A DNA stretch of 64,000 nt from sequence record MT701590.1, one strand, 5' to 3'. This DNA is from Klebsiella phage Miami. The position numbers were made by a program, and so were the translations under genes. How positions within the stretch are numbered: the first letter of the stretch is position 1; every line of letters starts with the position of its first letter. The notes under the pieces are model-generated. The model had not been told where the DNA came from. It did no database searches and saw only the letters and a list, made by a program, of their open reading frames with translations. Below, one piece after another: positions 10,268 through 20,231 of the stretch.

Positions 10268-10951
10268 ATGGATTCAATAAGCTGGTACGGAAAATTTAAA
10301 GCAGTAACCGAGGATTTGATTCCGGTTGATCTTTTACGGTACTGCTTATGGTCGATCACCTTTAATGACAAAGCGCATGATTTGAATCACGTTTATCATG
10401 TTTGTAAACAAGGGAACGATCTTGCATTATTACAAGATTACGATGACCACTGGCGAAGCCTAGTATTGGCGGGTTGTCTGCTTCACGACATTGGGTGTCG
10501 TTACGATCGTAAAACCCATCATCTCATAGCGTATGGGTTGGTCTTCGACTTAACCCATCGTTATTGCACTGGACACTATTCGCCGGAAGAGACATTGATC
10601 ATTGCGAAAAGTTGTCTGGAGCACAGAGCAAGCTGGGAAGGTGATTTCAGTCATCCTATTTCAGAAACGGTTGCTCTGGCCGACAGAGGTATTCCTGATT
10701 TCGAGTTATACTGCAAACGAGCCGTTCAGTTCAGGTTAGATCAAAACCTGACTGAAGATGTTTTGGTAGAAGAAGTTCGCGTTCACATGTTAGACAAGTT
10801 CCTACCTAAGACGGGATACGTTTGGAAAAACTATCCTGAATTAGGATTGTCTTTATATGAACAAGAATGGAAAGTGTTCCACGATAAACTTAAAGACGAA
10901 GTTGTCTTTAGAGAGGCTGTACTAGAAGCGTACCGTAAATTAAAATCTTAA
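10268..10951 (+). CDS. HD-domain phosphohydrolase-like protein
   Basis: HVYHV ... LAGCLLHDIGC gives the H...HD motif. ATG at 10268 preceded by a GGAG RBS; the track start at 10250 would contain that RBS. Confidence 0.5.
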   Translation: MDSISWYGKFKAVTEDLIPVDLLRYCLWSITFNDKAHDLNHVYHVCKQGNDLALLQDYDDHWRSLVLAGCLLHDIGCRYDRKTHHLIAYGLVFDLTHRYCTGHYSPEETLIIAKSCLEHRASWEGDFSHPISETVALADRGIPDFELYCKRAVQFRLDQNLTEDVLVEEVRVHMLDKFLPKTGYVWKNYPELGLSLYEQEWKVFHDKLKDEVVFREAVLEAYRKLKS

Positions 10952-11008
10952 TCTATATTGTTAACGTCCTCATAAGGGGCGTTAACAATAACCTACGAGG
11001 AAATCATC

Positions 11009-11503
11009 ATGATTATTTTACTTGCTGTTTTTGCTATTATCCTTTGTATTGGTTTTTGTTATAAAAAGATCAATATCAAAAACGACATCGGAATCAAGGT
11101 TAACAACGCCACAAAGATGGTTATCGACATCAACCTTGGTAAAATTAAAGGGGAGTTCAAGATCGTTAAACACAGTCGGTGTTTCAAACCCAGGGTCTCT
11201 CCTGGATTAAACGGATTGGTTTACACCGTTCCTGTGTTTTGTACGTTATCTGAATTCATCACCGGCTTATATTCTGAAGAAATAAGACCTTACGACAAAC
11301 AAAAAGATAAACACCTCTTAGACGTCGTCAGAGCCATCGTAGGGGTCGAATTAAAGGACGATGGTATGATTGCCTTATTCGACGACACGACCCTTTGTGA
11401 GACCGTAGAGAGAGCCAGAGAGTCATTTGTGATGAATAAGGATTATTTCTTCTCCGAGAAGGGGTGGAACCGAGGCAATGTTATTGCACCTATCAACCTT
11501 TAA
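11009..11503 (+). CDS. membrane protein (N-terminal transmembrane helix)
   Basis: N-terminus MIILLAVFAIILCIGFCY is hydrophobic. Confidence 0.45.
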   Translation: MIILLAVFAIILCIGFCYKKINIKNDIGIKVNNATKMVIDINLGKIKGEFKIVKHSRCFKPRVSPGLNGLVYTVPVFCTLSEFITGLYSEEIRPYDKQKDKHLLDVVRAIVGVELKDDGMIALFDDTTLCETVERARESFVMNKDYFFSEKGWNRGNVIAPINL

Positions 11504-11517
11504 TTAAGGATTTTAAA

Positions 11518-11658
11518 ATGTCTGACATGTTTGACGTGGATCAACTCAACAACCTGAACCTGGAAGCGGTTGAAGAGAAAGTCGAATCTCTTCGTGATGG
11601 TGGCGGTGAAGTTGTCGAGGCTTCCGATGAATGTGAAGGCGGCGCCTGCAAAATTTAA
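11518..11658 (+). CDS. small acidic protein (46 aa)
   Basis: ATG at 11518 after AAGGA; product MSDMFDVDQLNNLNLEAVEEKVESLRDGGGEVVEASDECEGGACKI. Confidence 0.3.
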   Translation: MSDMFDVDQLNNLNLEAVEEKVESLRDGGGEVVEASDECEGGACKI

Positions 11659-11668
11659 AACGCATAAT

Positions 11669-11722
11669 AACTCCTACTCCCCATACGGGGAGTAGGAGTT
11701 AGCAGTACTTATTTTTTTTTTC
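11669..11722. terminator. bidirectional hairpin terminator between convergent genes
   Basis: aactcctactcccc atac ggggagtaggagtt, then tttttttttt on the plus strand and an A-run on the other side. Confidence 0.6.
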
Positions 11723-12619
11723 TTACAGCATGTATTCAGGAGCGGTAACTTTAGCCGCTTCACGAGTCATCGCAGCAAGAGTACCAGAATCAGTAAGACT
11801 CTGGAGAATCGCCGTAGGCTGCAGGAATCCGGATTCGGCACCGCGACCAGCTGGGTTATACATCGGGAGTTTGCTCAGGAAAGAACGAGCAATCTCTTTA
11901 GCGGCCTGGGTATCGAAATCGATCAGACCGGTGTATTCCATGTTGATGTCACGCATCTGACCAGCTTCGTCTTTGTTACGACGCATCTGGATTTCAACGG
12001 TGTTACGCGGCATGATACCTACTGCAAGAGCAGCATGGGCAACATCACGCATATTACGCGTCGGTTCCAGATAAATGTTCGCACAAGAGATTTGGTCGAT
12101 CAGGAGATCGCCTGGATCATCGAGGATAACTGCACGAGGATGGCCCAGATCCGGATCGTTCAAACCATACAGAGACCAGGAACGATGGAGGTTAGTATAA
12201 ACCTCACCTTCGATATCCACGCCAGCATGGTTGATAACACCGAGGGTACGAGTACCGCCCGACGGTACGGAGAATACACGGCCAGAGAAACGCTGTTCTG
12301 CGAATTCGGTCTCGATACGTTCAGAGAGACCGGTGATTTCACGACTACGCGTTTCAAACCAGGATTTCGCCAGTGAGTGGAGGATGTTACCTGCCGGCAT
12401 ACGGCTAAACAACGCAGGGGTGCTGATACAGAAGCACCAGGTCTGCTGTTGAATATGCGGATGCTCGGAGACCATGTTGGCGATATTGGGAGCCCAGCCA
12501 TACTGGCCCCCTTGAGGGCCATTCAGAACAGGACGGTCGCCCACGCCGAACGCAGAGTACCATTCAGAACTCCCAGGTACCAGCGTGCTTGTGTTCCTAA
12601 ACGGAGTGTTGCTTGACAT
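11723..12619 (-). CDS. tail tube-like structural protein (298 aa)
   Basis: Sits immediately downstream of the sheath-like gene on the same strand, as phiKZ gp29/gp30 do, and matches in size. Strong codon bias suggests an abundant protein. Function is inferred from context only. Confidence 0.4.
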   Translation of the reverse strand: MSSNTPFRNTSTLVPGSSEWYSAFGVGDRPVLNGPQGGQYGWAPNIANMVSEHPHIQQQTWCFCISTPALFSRMPAGNILHSLAKSWFETRSREITGLSERIETEFAEQRFSGRVFSVPSGGTRTLGVINHAGVDIEGEVYTNLHRSWSLYGLNDPDLGHPRAVILDDPGDLLIDQISCANIYLEPTRNMRDVAHAALAVGIMPRNTVEIQMRRNKDEAGQMRDINMEYTGLIDFDTQAAKEIARSFLSKLPMYNPAGRGAESGFLQPTAILQSLTDSGTLAAMTREAAKVTAPEYML

Positions 12620-12634
12620 TTAGAGTCACCTTAC

Positions 12635-14794
12635 TTAGGAGTTAGTGGTATCGAGATCTTCTTCGTTATACGCAGCAAGACTCATGTTCATCATGTACTT
12701 ACCTTTACGGAACCAGACGTTACCAACGCTGTTCAGAACAGCTCGGCTACCAGCACCGGTTTCGTTGTAAGTGCAATCAACCCGGAGGTCTTTGAACATG
12801 GTACCCATACGACGACGGATAGCTGCTTCAGAAGTATCTTTGACGGTTGATGCATAGGTCGCAGCATCAATAGTCGTATCACCGGATACCAGCGTCCACG
12901 CGTCAGCGATAACCTTCTCAATACAAACCGCAGTGAAGTTAGTGATCAGGTCCTTCAACACGGCGTCGTTATCGTCATACACGGTTGGAAGCGCAGGACG
13001 GTAATACTGAGATGTGTTGTAAGGACGAAGACTGATACCACCTTCATCGAAGTTATTCGCAGCGGCGTCATCACCTTCGAAGTCCATGGTCGGAGAATGC
13101 ATCTGGGTCAGAATGCGGTTATCGCCATGATCCGGAGAATTCACCGAGCTCAGGTTACCGGAGCTATTACCGCCAAGACGAGCGAAGAAGTAAGCCAGGT
13201 CCAGCGTTTGCGGGAATTCAAGGCCGGTGCTTTCGTCGATGATCTTAGCATCCCACAGGGAGATAGCTGCACGGGACGCCGGAGTGCCGTAAAGCGAAGA
13301 TTCCGGATACAGACGAATCTTAGTCGCCAGAGACTGCATCATGGAATAACGCTGGGCGATGGTATTGTCTTCCAGCCATTCGGAAGCCTGCAGGATCAGA
13401 ATCTGATCTTTACGGGTGTTCCAGAGCTCGATCAGCGCGTTCTTAATATCCAGGTTATAACCCACATCCCAGATAACAGATTGGCGGTTGCGCGTCCAAT
13501 CGTTAACAGTGGACGATTGGGCATAAGCCTGAATATCAGCCAGATACAGAGACTGGGCTACAGTCCAAGCGTCTTTGATACTCAGCTGGTCAATATGACC
13601 GTTGTTGGTCGCCGGGTCGAAGTTGTAAGTCCCTTCAACCGGAACCGGTGTAGTCCGATCCTCTTTCAGGAACGGAGAGATACCGCCAGCAGCGTCGATA
13701 TAACCGGAGTTAGCGAACGGGTTAGCGTCATCCACCAACATACACGCATAATACGGAACGTTGGTATGGTTGGTCAGAGTGAACGGGTTCATCTGACGAA
13801 TTGGGTTGACACCCGTTACGTTAACAAGCGCCGATTTACCGGCAGCCAGTTCTGCTGCATACAACGCCGCACAAACTTCCTGGATGTTCTGATCGTAGAC
13901 CTTGACTTCGTAGAACGGAGCAGGGCGCAGAGTCACCTGACGGTTGACGTTAGCGTTGGTGAAGTCACCTACTGCGGTCGCCAGGCTGTAACGAACATCG
14001 TACTTGTCTTTGGTGTTGAACAGCGTGTACGTTGCCGATTCACCGCCATTAACGTTGGAGAAGAAAGTCGGGACGCCCGTAGAAGATTTTACGTACATTC
14101 TCATTGAGAACGGGAACACGCCGTATTCTTCAACGAAATCTGACACTGAATCCCAATCCGTGGAAGCATTGAGGCCCATGGTCAAACCGTGCAGGTTATA
14201 TGCGTCACCAACACCAGCCGGGAGTTCGAAGAACGGATACTGAGTAAACGTAACTTCTTCCCCATTCACCGTTTCGGTGAACGTCGATTTTACGAGCTTG
14301 CCGTATTCTGGCGTGGTCGGCGAGGTAACGTCGAGCTTAACCAGTTTAACGTAAACGCCCGGCACCGCGGTACCACCGGTAACAGGGATCAGTTCACCAT
14401 CGTCGTCGAAAAGATAGCTGCCGTCAGTCGCACGCTGATACTGAGGAATAGATGTACCGTTCCCGATAGCGATAGCGTAAGCAACACGAGCTACTACGGT
14501 GTTGGCAGAAACACGGCGTACGCCAAAACCACCCTGACCGCCGGAGGTGATCATCGAGATCAGCTGAGATACCGGGGAGTAGTAAGGGGTATCAACATCC
14601 AGGATATCGCCGTAAAGATTGGTAAAGTCATTCGAGTTTATGAAACTCTGCCCGAGTTCACCCTTGGGGGTGACCACGGAAATAACCGGATAATGACAAG
14701 GATACGTAGGCAGAGACGTTACCGGGTTTAAGCGGCTCTTATCGTCCATACCGTTATTGATGACTTGTCCCGGAATGATTTTTGTAAAGCTCAT
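12635..14794 (-). CDS. tail sheath-like structural protein (719 aa)
   Basis: Size and position match phiKZ sheath gp29 (~700 aa) followed by the tube gene. Highly expressed codon usage. Inferred from context only. Confidence 0.45.
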   Translation of the reverse strand: MSFTKIIPGQVINNGMDDKSRLNPVTSLPTYPCHYPVISVVTPKGELGQSFINSNDFTNLYGDILDVDTPYYSPVSQLISMITSGGQGGFGVRRVSANTVVARVAYAIAIGNGTSIPQYQRATDGSYLFDDDGELIPVTGGTAVPGVYVKLVKLDVTSPTTPEYGKLVKSTFTETVNGEEVTFTQYPFFELPAGVGDAYNLHGLTMGLNASTDWDSVSDFVEEYGVFPFSMRMYVKSSTGVPTFFSNVNGGESATYTLFNTKDKYDVRYSLATAVGDFTNANVNRQVTLRPAPFYEVKVYDQNIQEVCAALYAAELAAGKSALVNVTGVNPIRQMNPFTLTNHTNVPYYACMLVDDANPFANSGYIDAAGGISPFLKEDRTTPVPVEGTYNFDPATNNGHIDQLSIKDAWTVAQSLYLADIQAYAQSSTVNDWTRNRQSVIWDVGYNLDIKNALIELWNTRKDQILILQASEWLEDNTIAQRYSMMQSLATKIRLYPESSLYGTPASRAAISLWDAKIIDESTGLEFPQTLDLAYFFARLGGNSSGNLSSVNSPDHGDNRILTQMHSPTMDFEGDDAAANNFDEGGISLRPYNTSQYYRPALPTVYDDNDAVLKDLITNFTAVCIEKVIADAWTLVSGDTTIDAATYASTVKDTSEAAIRRRMGTMFKDLRVDCTYNETGAGSRAVLNSVGNVWFRKGKYMMNMSLAAYNEEDLDTTNS

Positions 14795-14830
14795 GCTCTA
14801 AGCCTCATATTCGGAAAACGTTTTATTAAG

Positions 14831-14854
14831 ATATTTTTTTGATCAAAAAAATAT
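14831..14854. promoter_or_regulatory. perfect 24-bp palindrome around GATC in a divergent promoter region
   Basis: atattttttt gatc aaaaaaatat, located between the start of the sheath gene (14794, minus strand) and the 14953 plus-strand gene. Confidence 0.4.
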
Positions 14855-14952
14855 AGATGGCCGGCAATCGTATGTCTAGAGTCACCATAAGTTACTCTCG
14901 TTTAATTTAACCGAACCCGGCACATAACATTCAACATAAGGAGCGGGGAGTC

Positions 14953-15831
14953 ATGCTTCTCAACGCATACGAAACCACAGTTGGCAAACCCTTTGCGATC
15001 ATGGATAAAGTCCAGGGCGTCCTAAAATCGTTAGCGACGATGGATGACTTAGACCATTCCAGTAAAGAAGGGGTTTATTTCATTACTTATGAAAACGGCA
15101 GCCAACTTCCTCTTTTTATTTTCCCTTTAAGTTTATTGGATCATCAGCGTCGTAAAATCACCGTTGTTGACAAGCGCCCCTTCTCCAATAAAAAAGACAT
15201 CATCATTAGTCCTGTGGAATTTATCGGGCAATTCACCGCAGCGTGCATTCAGCAAGATGTGTTTGAAGGAAACTTAAACACCATCAAAAATTCTCGTTAT
15301 CTGACGACTCGCGGATACGCCAAATCTCTCAGCAATCGCATTGGCCGTCAGAGCGGGCTAGATCCAAGAGAAATGATTGAACTCGCCATCATTCTCGGTC
15401 ACTTCTTTGTGTGTCTCACAGAGAAGCAAAACGACGATTACCAGTTCGTTAGCGCCAACGTACTGAAAAATGCGTTGCAATTAGATCAGAGTATGACTCA
15501 GCCTATTATTGAAGAGATGGGGTTCATTTCAACCATCCCTGAGCTGACCAAATATATCGCTGATCGTCCTGGCTTTTTCAAACTGAAGAATTTCACTCAA
15601 AAAGATTTTATCGGGTTGGGCAGCAACATCATCTTCAGTAACCTCGGCAAACAGGTTGTCGGAGCAGCATTGGAACACCCTCCATTATTTACCGGATTGT
15701 GTTTTATGGCGCTGAAGAACAGAATGTACCTTCAGACTGTTTTGGGTCAGCAAATCGATCCTAAGTACAACGAAAGATTAACCGATAGCTTTGTTAAAAT
15801 GATCAACGGGAATTATCCCGTCCAACTTTAA
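14953..15831 (+). CDS. hypothetical protein (292 aa)
   Basis: ORF with GGAGCGGGGAG upstream. Confidence 0.5.
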   Translation: MLLNAYETTVGKPFAIMDKVQGVLKSLATMDDLDHSSKEGVYFITYENGSQLPLFIFPLSLLDHQRRKITVVDKRPFSNKKDIIISPVEFIGQFTAACIQQDVFEGNLNTIKNSRYLTTRGYAKSLSNRIGRQSGLDPREMIELAIILGHFFVCLTEKQNDDYQFVSANVLKNALQLDQSMTQPIIEEMGFISTIPELTKYIADRPGFFKLKNFTQKDFIGLGSNIIFSNLGKQVVGAALEHPPLFTGLCFMALKNRMYLQTVLGQQIDPKYNERLTDSFVKMINGNYPVQL

Positions 15832-15836
15832 AAGGA

Positions 15837-18440
15837 ATGGACATGAGTGTGTCGTTGGTTCAACCAAGAACTGACTTGATACGTTACGCCGAGTCCAATA
15901 TGTGGTCGTCTCCCTATAACGATCAACAATTCAGGCTGGAGCTACAACGTATCAGTCCCCCAGTAGGGTTGGTCAATACCTTTACGTATATGGGTAAAGG
16001 GAGAGGATTACCTGATTCTACTACCCCTCATCACGTCTATACTCTTAGTGGTACCTCGCTAGGGTACTGGAACTTCATCAACAAAAATATAAAAACTAAT
16101 CCAGTTGATACCTGGGTGAGAGTTGATTGGCTCAGCCATCAGCGTGGTGTTTATATTGAACTTTATCGCCCGGACGGCAGAATCTATCCAAGAGATTGCG
16201 CGTGGATCATGCGGACTTATGACGGTGCACACCTTCTTTGTGTGGAACGTTTAACCAACTACCCGCTGCCATTAAACGATAACTTCTATCTACGGTGTTA
16301 TACCCCTGATTGGGATATTTATCGTGGGGTAGAAGGAACCGACGAAAATAACGGGTTTCAGTATACCAGTTTTGTCGGTCCAACTCAGGCTAATCTCACG
16401 GCGCTCCAAACCCAACTCAATACGTGGAGTGGTTTAGGTGGATTATCGTCCATTTATGTCGATGGAATAAAATGTCCGTCTCTTCCTACGGTGTCAGCTG
16501 TTACGCTGAACACTATCGTAGAGATTTTCTACGATCCGACCGTTTATAGAGTCGATAACTACGACTTGAAAACTCTGCCGGACTTCTATTCTGATTTGGA
16601 TAGCAAGCGCAAATACATCGTTCACCCTCCTAAGGTTGAAGGTGACTGGGCGTTCCGGTACTTCGACGATTGCGACATCTACATCACGACACCGGCCGGG
16701 AAAGGGTTATATTTCAATATCAATAGCCCTGATGCATTGCGTCAACTCACTCACGCTGACTACAGTGTGAGCGCTGATTACATCGCGACCCTTATTGATA
16801 CCCTGGCCGATCTTAAGAATCGAGACGATCTGAAACTGCAGGTGATTTATCGCAGCACGAACTGGAGTCACGATCTCGTATGGGAAGCCAATCGAATCAG
16901 GTACCTTTACCGTCTTGATGATAATGGAATAATCAACGCAATGACTGCGGTTCACTCCACGTTGCCTGAATGGACAGCCAGTGGTTTGGAAAATTCTTAT
17001 TCCATGCTGATCAACAGACAGAAATGGGGAGAGCTGACCGATGAGAATATCGTTAAAGCGTTAGGGTTTAATGCCCTGACACAAGCTTTAGCGTCATCAC
17101 CGGTATCAATGCCCTACGTGGAAGGATACGCCGGTTACGACGTTCCTGTTAGCTTCCAGGAAGCTTGCGTGGCTTTTGAGTACGATGCCGATGGATTGCT
17201 CATCAACAATTATCCGTTGACTAACGCACTGAAATACGCTCCTAATAATCCAACCTGCGCCATGGTGGAGTTCATCGCTGGTAGTCCGGCTATCACCAGA
17301 CATCAAGTGATTGGGAGTGATCCGGTTACACTGTTGAGTAACTGGTCTTATTTAGCATTGCAATCCGGCCGGTTAGTTTCCACTGGGGAATCTGACGGGA
17401 AATGGGTACCTGCGGTATTGGGGACTGACTATACCGTTACCAATGGTGTTCTTACCTGGATCCATGATTCAACAAACCGGATAGGTAGAGTTATCTTTAA
17501 CGATGTTTTCCTTTACAAGGATTTCACGCTATCACATCTCGACAACTCTATTTATTTCGCCATTACCGAAATATGGGAAGGCGGCGGGATAGCTGCGGAC
17601 ATCGCGCCGGCCAACATCTATATTTGGATGAACGGTCATCCCCTCATTCTTAACGTCGATTACGTGATGGATTACCCTAGAGTGTTCATCAATAACAAGA
17701 TGTATTTGAATGAGAGCGGAGAAAACGATTTTGTCGTGGCTGCGTTCGGGATAAGTACGAGTTTAACTCAGCCGGTAGAAGAATCTGAATTAGGTTATAT
17801 CGTCGGCGGAACCATCGGGGTTAACGGGCGTTACAATATCCGGGACGGAAGGGATACGAGGCTTATCGCCGCAGGTCGGTTATTCCCATCTGATGGTATT
17901 GACGATTCAGAGCAACACGCCCCTCAGAACGCCGGCTATTCTCTCAACGGTTACCCGTATCAGGTTAAGCACGTCTATCAGACCGTTCAAAAAGCGGTGG
18001 ATTTTAATAACTATCCTCGGTACGCCGAAGACAGGGATTTGGATAATCGCATCTGTACTTACCTGACGACGTATTGTGAGAAACCAGGACCTATTGTTTG
18101 GCCTAACATCTCCGATAAATACAGATTGTTTAGTCCTTTCCTGAATCAGATCGTAAATGCAATATTGCTGAAAATCATTACCATCCCTGCACCAACCACA
18201 GGTGGGGTATTCAGCAAACAGGTAATCAATGAGCTAACCAAAGATTATCAATGGTTGCTTGATTACGATCCGGCTTTCTTGAAATACGACTTGCGGTATT
18301 ACACGATCAATCCGTTTTCCATGGCGGGTATGCAAACTGTAACAACCGCCCAGTTACTCTTCATCACTCAGGTTAACGAAATCTATCTCAATAGCGCGTG
18401 CGGCATAGAGGGATATTTTGAGGTAAATAATAATGTTTGA
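15837..18440 (+). CDS. hypothetical large protein (867 aa), probable virion/tail component
   Basis: Long ORF in a structural-gene cluster. Confidence 0.5.
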   Translation: MDMSVSLVQPRTDLIRYAESNMWSSPYNDQQFRLELQRISPPVGLVNTFTYMGKGRGLPDSTTPHHVYTLSGTSLGYWNFINKNIKTNPVDTWVRVDWLSHQRGVYIELYRPDGRIYPRDCAWIMRTYDGAHLLCVERLTNYPLPLNDNFYLRCYTPDWDIYRGVEGTDENNGFQYTSFVGPTQANLTALQTQLNTWSGLGGLSSIYVDGIKCPSLPTVSAVTLNTIVEIFYDPTVYRVDNYDLKTLPDFYSDLDSKRKYIVHPPKVEGDWAFRYFDDCDIYITTPAGKGLYFNINSPDALRQLTHADYSVSADYIATLIDTLADLKNRDDLKLQVIYRSTNWSHDLVWEANRIRYLYRLDDNGIINAMTAVHSTLPEWTASGLENSYSMLINRQKWGELTDENIVKALGFNALTQALASSPVSMPYVEGYAGYDVPVSFQEACVAFEYDADGLLINNYPLTNALKYAPNNPTCAMVEFIAGSPAITRHQVIGSDPVTLLSNWSYLALQSGRLVSTGESDGKWVPAVLGTDYTVTNGVLTWIHDSTNRIGRVIFNDVFLYKDFTLSHLDNSIYFAITEIWEGGGIAADIAPANIYIWMNGHPLILNVDYVMDYPRVFINNKMYLNESGENDFVVAAFGISTSLTQPVEESELGYIVGGTIGVNGRYNIRDGRDTRLIAAGRLFPSDGIDDSEQHAPQNAGYSLNGYPYQVKHVYQTVQKAVDFNNYPRYAEDRDLDNRICTYLTTYCEKPGPIVWPNISDKYRLFSPFLNQIVNAILLKIITIPAPTTGGVFSKQVINELTKDYQWLLDYDPAFLKYDLRYYTINPFSMAGMQTVTTAQLLFITQVNEIYLNSACGIEGYFEVNNNV

Positions 18441-20148
18441 TACCAGCACCACATCGACCACATCAAGTACGAGTGTTGCGGCGACGGGTCCTCAGTTACC
18501 TAACTCGAATGATCTACTCACCCCACTCGATATTTCCAACCTTTACGATCCGGATACGGTAGCCGATTCTGATGCGTCAAAATACATCGTTGGTCGTGAA
18601 GGCCAAACGGTCATAGACGGATTGAACCAACGAGCTTACGTCATTACTCACGTTGGGACTGAAGATGCGAAATACAAATCAACGTTAAAACGGATAGGGT
18701 TTGTTACGGATAGCGACGACAACTCCAGTGACATCATCGGTTTACCGGGACGCTTTGCCGGCAATGGTGTTTTGGGAATCGACTACAGTGTCAGACCTCC
18801 TCGGGCTGTCATCGATGGTCGTGTATGGGCTCCTGATGCGGCCTACGGTTTGCTTTATAAAGGCGTGGTTATCGGTGATAGCGGTCAGGTCATTTCTGTT
18901 CAATACGCAACTAATGGTGATTTGATTTCTAATCAGGTCCCGACTAAATTAGCTGCGGTTAACAACATGACCAACCACAGTATTTTCACCACTACTGCTT
19001 TTTCGGTGACTCAAACGGCTGACGAACTCCCGGACGGAAGTTTGTGCACGCTGGTGTTCTTCGATGCGGCCGGTAACATGATTCCCGAACCTTATGAACT
19101 TGGCGTGATGCACACTGCGTTGCTGAGAGATCATCAGATCGGGATCAAGTATGTTTCGGCTATTGAACTGATATCTCCTTGGTTCACCGATACGACCGAT
19201 CCTACTACGCTGAACATTCCTATCAACGTTGCGATGAGCTCGGTTCAATTCTCTGCGCGCATCCATTATAACGATGGATCAACCAAAGAGCAATTGATTG
19301 ACGGGACCAAATGTGCGATCATCGGGCTCAATGAATACAAACCTACTACGGTAGGTCAGCGTGCTTCGATCGTACTTCGGTATTCGTTCGATGAGGATGA
19401 ACAGGCTTTAATTGCTACACCTAATTATCCAGACATGATCACCCAGGCTTATCAGATCGTTTGTACTCAGGTTAACGGCGCTTACTCTCCAAAACTCTAC
19501 ACTTATCCGGTGTGGAACGGAACAGGGTATTCGCTCAAACATTACCTGTACGATCTTACCCGCGGATATGCAACTGACGTTACTCAGCATGTTACACTCA
19601 ACGACACGTCGCCAGCCTTCCAGCCGGCTAACTATGGCGTTCAGCAAGACATGGTGTTTAACCTGACGCTGTCAGACGTATCTTCGACGTTTAAAGCGTG
19701 GACGCTGGTACAGCATACTTCTATTACGTTGTATAAAGCGAATACCGGGACGGGTCGTCGTTGGGCTATCCAGTACTCTTCTGCGAATAACCCTTACGTC
19801 GCTTATAACGTCGGGTATACCGAAGCCAATGGTGTTCAGTCCATTAACCTGGCTGGCTCCATCCTCACGATTTCTGATTGGTTGAATCGACTCTACTATC
19901 CGGTAGAACCATTGATCGATACCACGAAAGAATCGGCGGCTCTGGTTCCTAACTATATCCGGTTGGTTGACACTAACGGGGTTACTCACGACCTTGAAAT
20001 CAACGATTGGAATAAACCTCAAGCGCTCACTTCTCCTGTTGCAAGTGGTCAAACCCTCTTCCTGCAATGGATTCAGAAATCAGAGAACGGGGCCGAACTC
20101 CAATTGGCGACCACGGGTGTTGTTGTAGACGTCGCTCCGAGCAATTAA
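18433..20148 (+). CDS. hypothetical protein (571 aa), probable structural
   Basis: ORF overlapping the upstream stop (ATAATG). N-terminus is Ser/Thr-rich. Confidence 0.5.
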   Translation: MFDTSTTSTTSSTSVAATGPQLPNSNDLLTPLDISNLYDPDTVADSDASKYIVGREGQTVIDGLNQRAYVITHVGTEDAKYKSTLKRIGFVTDSDDNSSDIIGLPGRFAGNGVLGIDYSVRPPRAVIDGRVWAPDAAYGLLYKGVVIGDSGQVISVQYATNGDLISNQVPTKLAAVNNMTNHSIFTTTAFSVTQTADELPDGSLCTLVFFDAAGNMIPEPYELGVMHTALLRDHQIGIKYVSAIELISPWFTDTTDPTTLNIPINVAMSSVQFSARIHYNDGSTKEQLIDGTKCAIIGLNEYKPTTVGQRASIVLRYSFDEDEQALIATPNYPDMITQAYQIVCTQVNGAYSPKLYTYPVWNGTGYSLKHYLYDLTRGYATDVTQHVTLNDTSPAFQPANYGVQQDMVFNLTLSDVSSTFKAWTLVQHTSITLYKANTGTGRRWAIQYSSANNPYVAYNVGYTEANGVQSINLAGSILTISDWLNRLYYPVEPLIDTTKESAALVPNYIRLVDTNGVTHDLEINDWNKPQALTSPVASGQTLFLQWIQKSENGAELQLATTGVVVDVAPSN

Positions 20149-20160
20149 GATTCGTTATCC

Positions 20161-20198
20161 TAACTACCGGTCTGAAAAGACCGGTAGTTATATTTTAT
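20161..20198 (+). terminator. rho-independent terminator
   Basis: taactaccggtc tgaaaa gaccggtagtta then tattttatat. Confidence 0.55.
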
Positions 20199-20231
20199 AT
20201 CGAGACCGAGACAAACCGACAGGATAAAAAC

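Noticed and set aside
13097-14731. Plus-strand ORFs (336 aa and 180 aa) inside the sheath-like gene; similarly 253-576(-), 5526-6149(-), 6222-6659(-), 53695-54474(-), 58055-58579(-)
   Set aside because: Antisense to long, well-supported genes. Products are low-complexity and Arg-rich, with no RBS.
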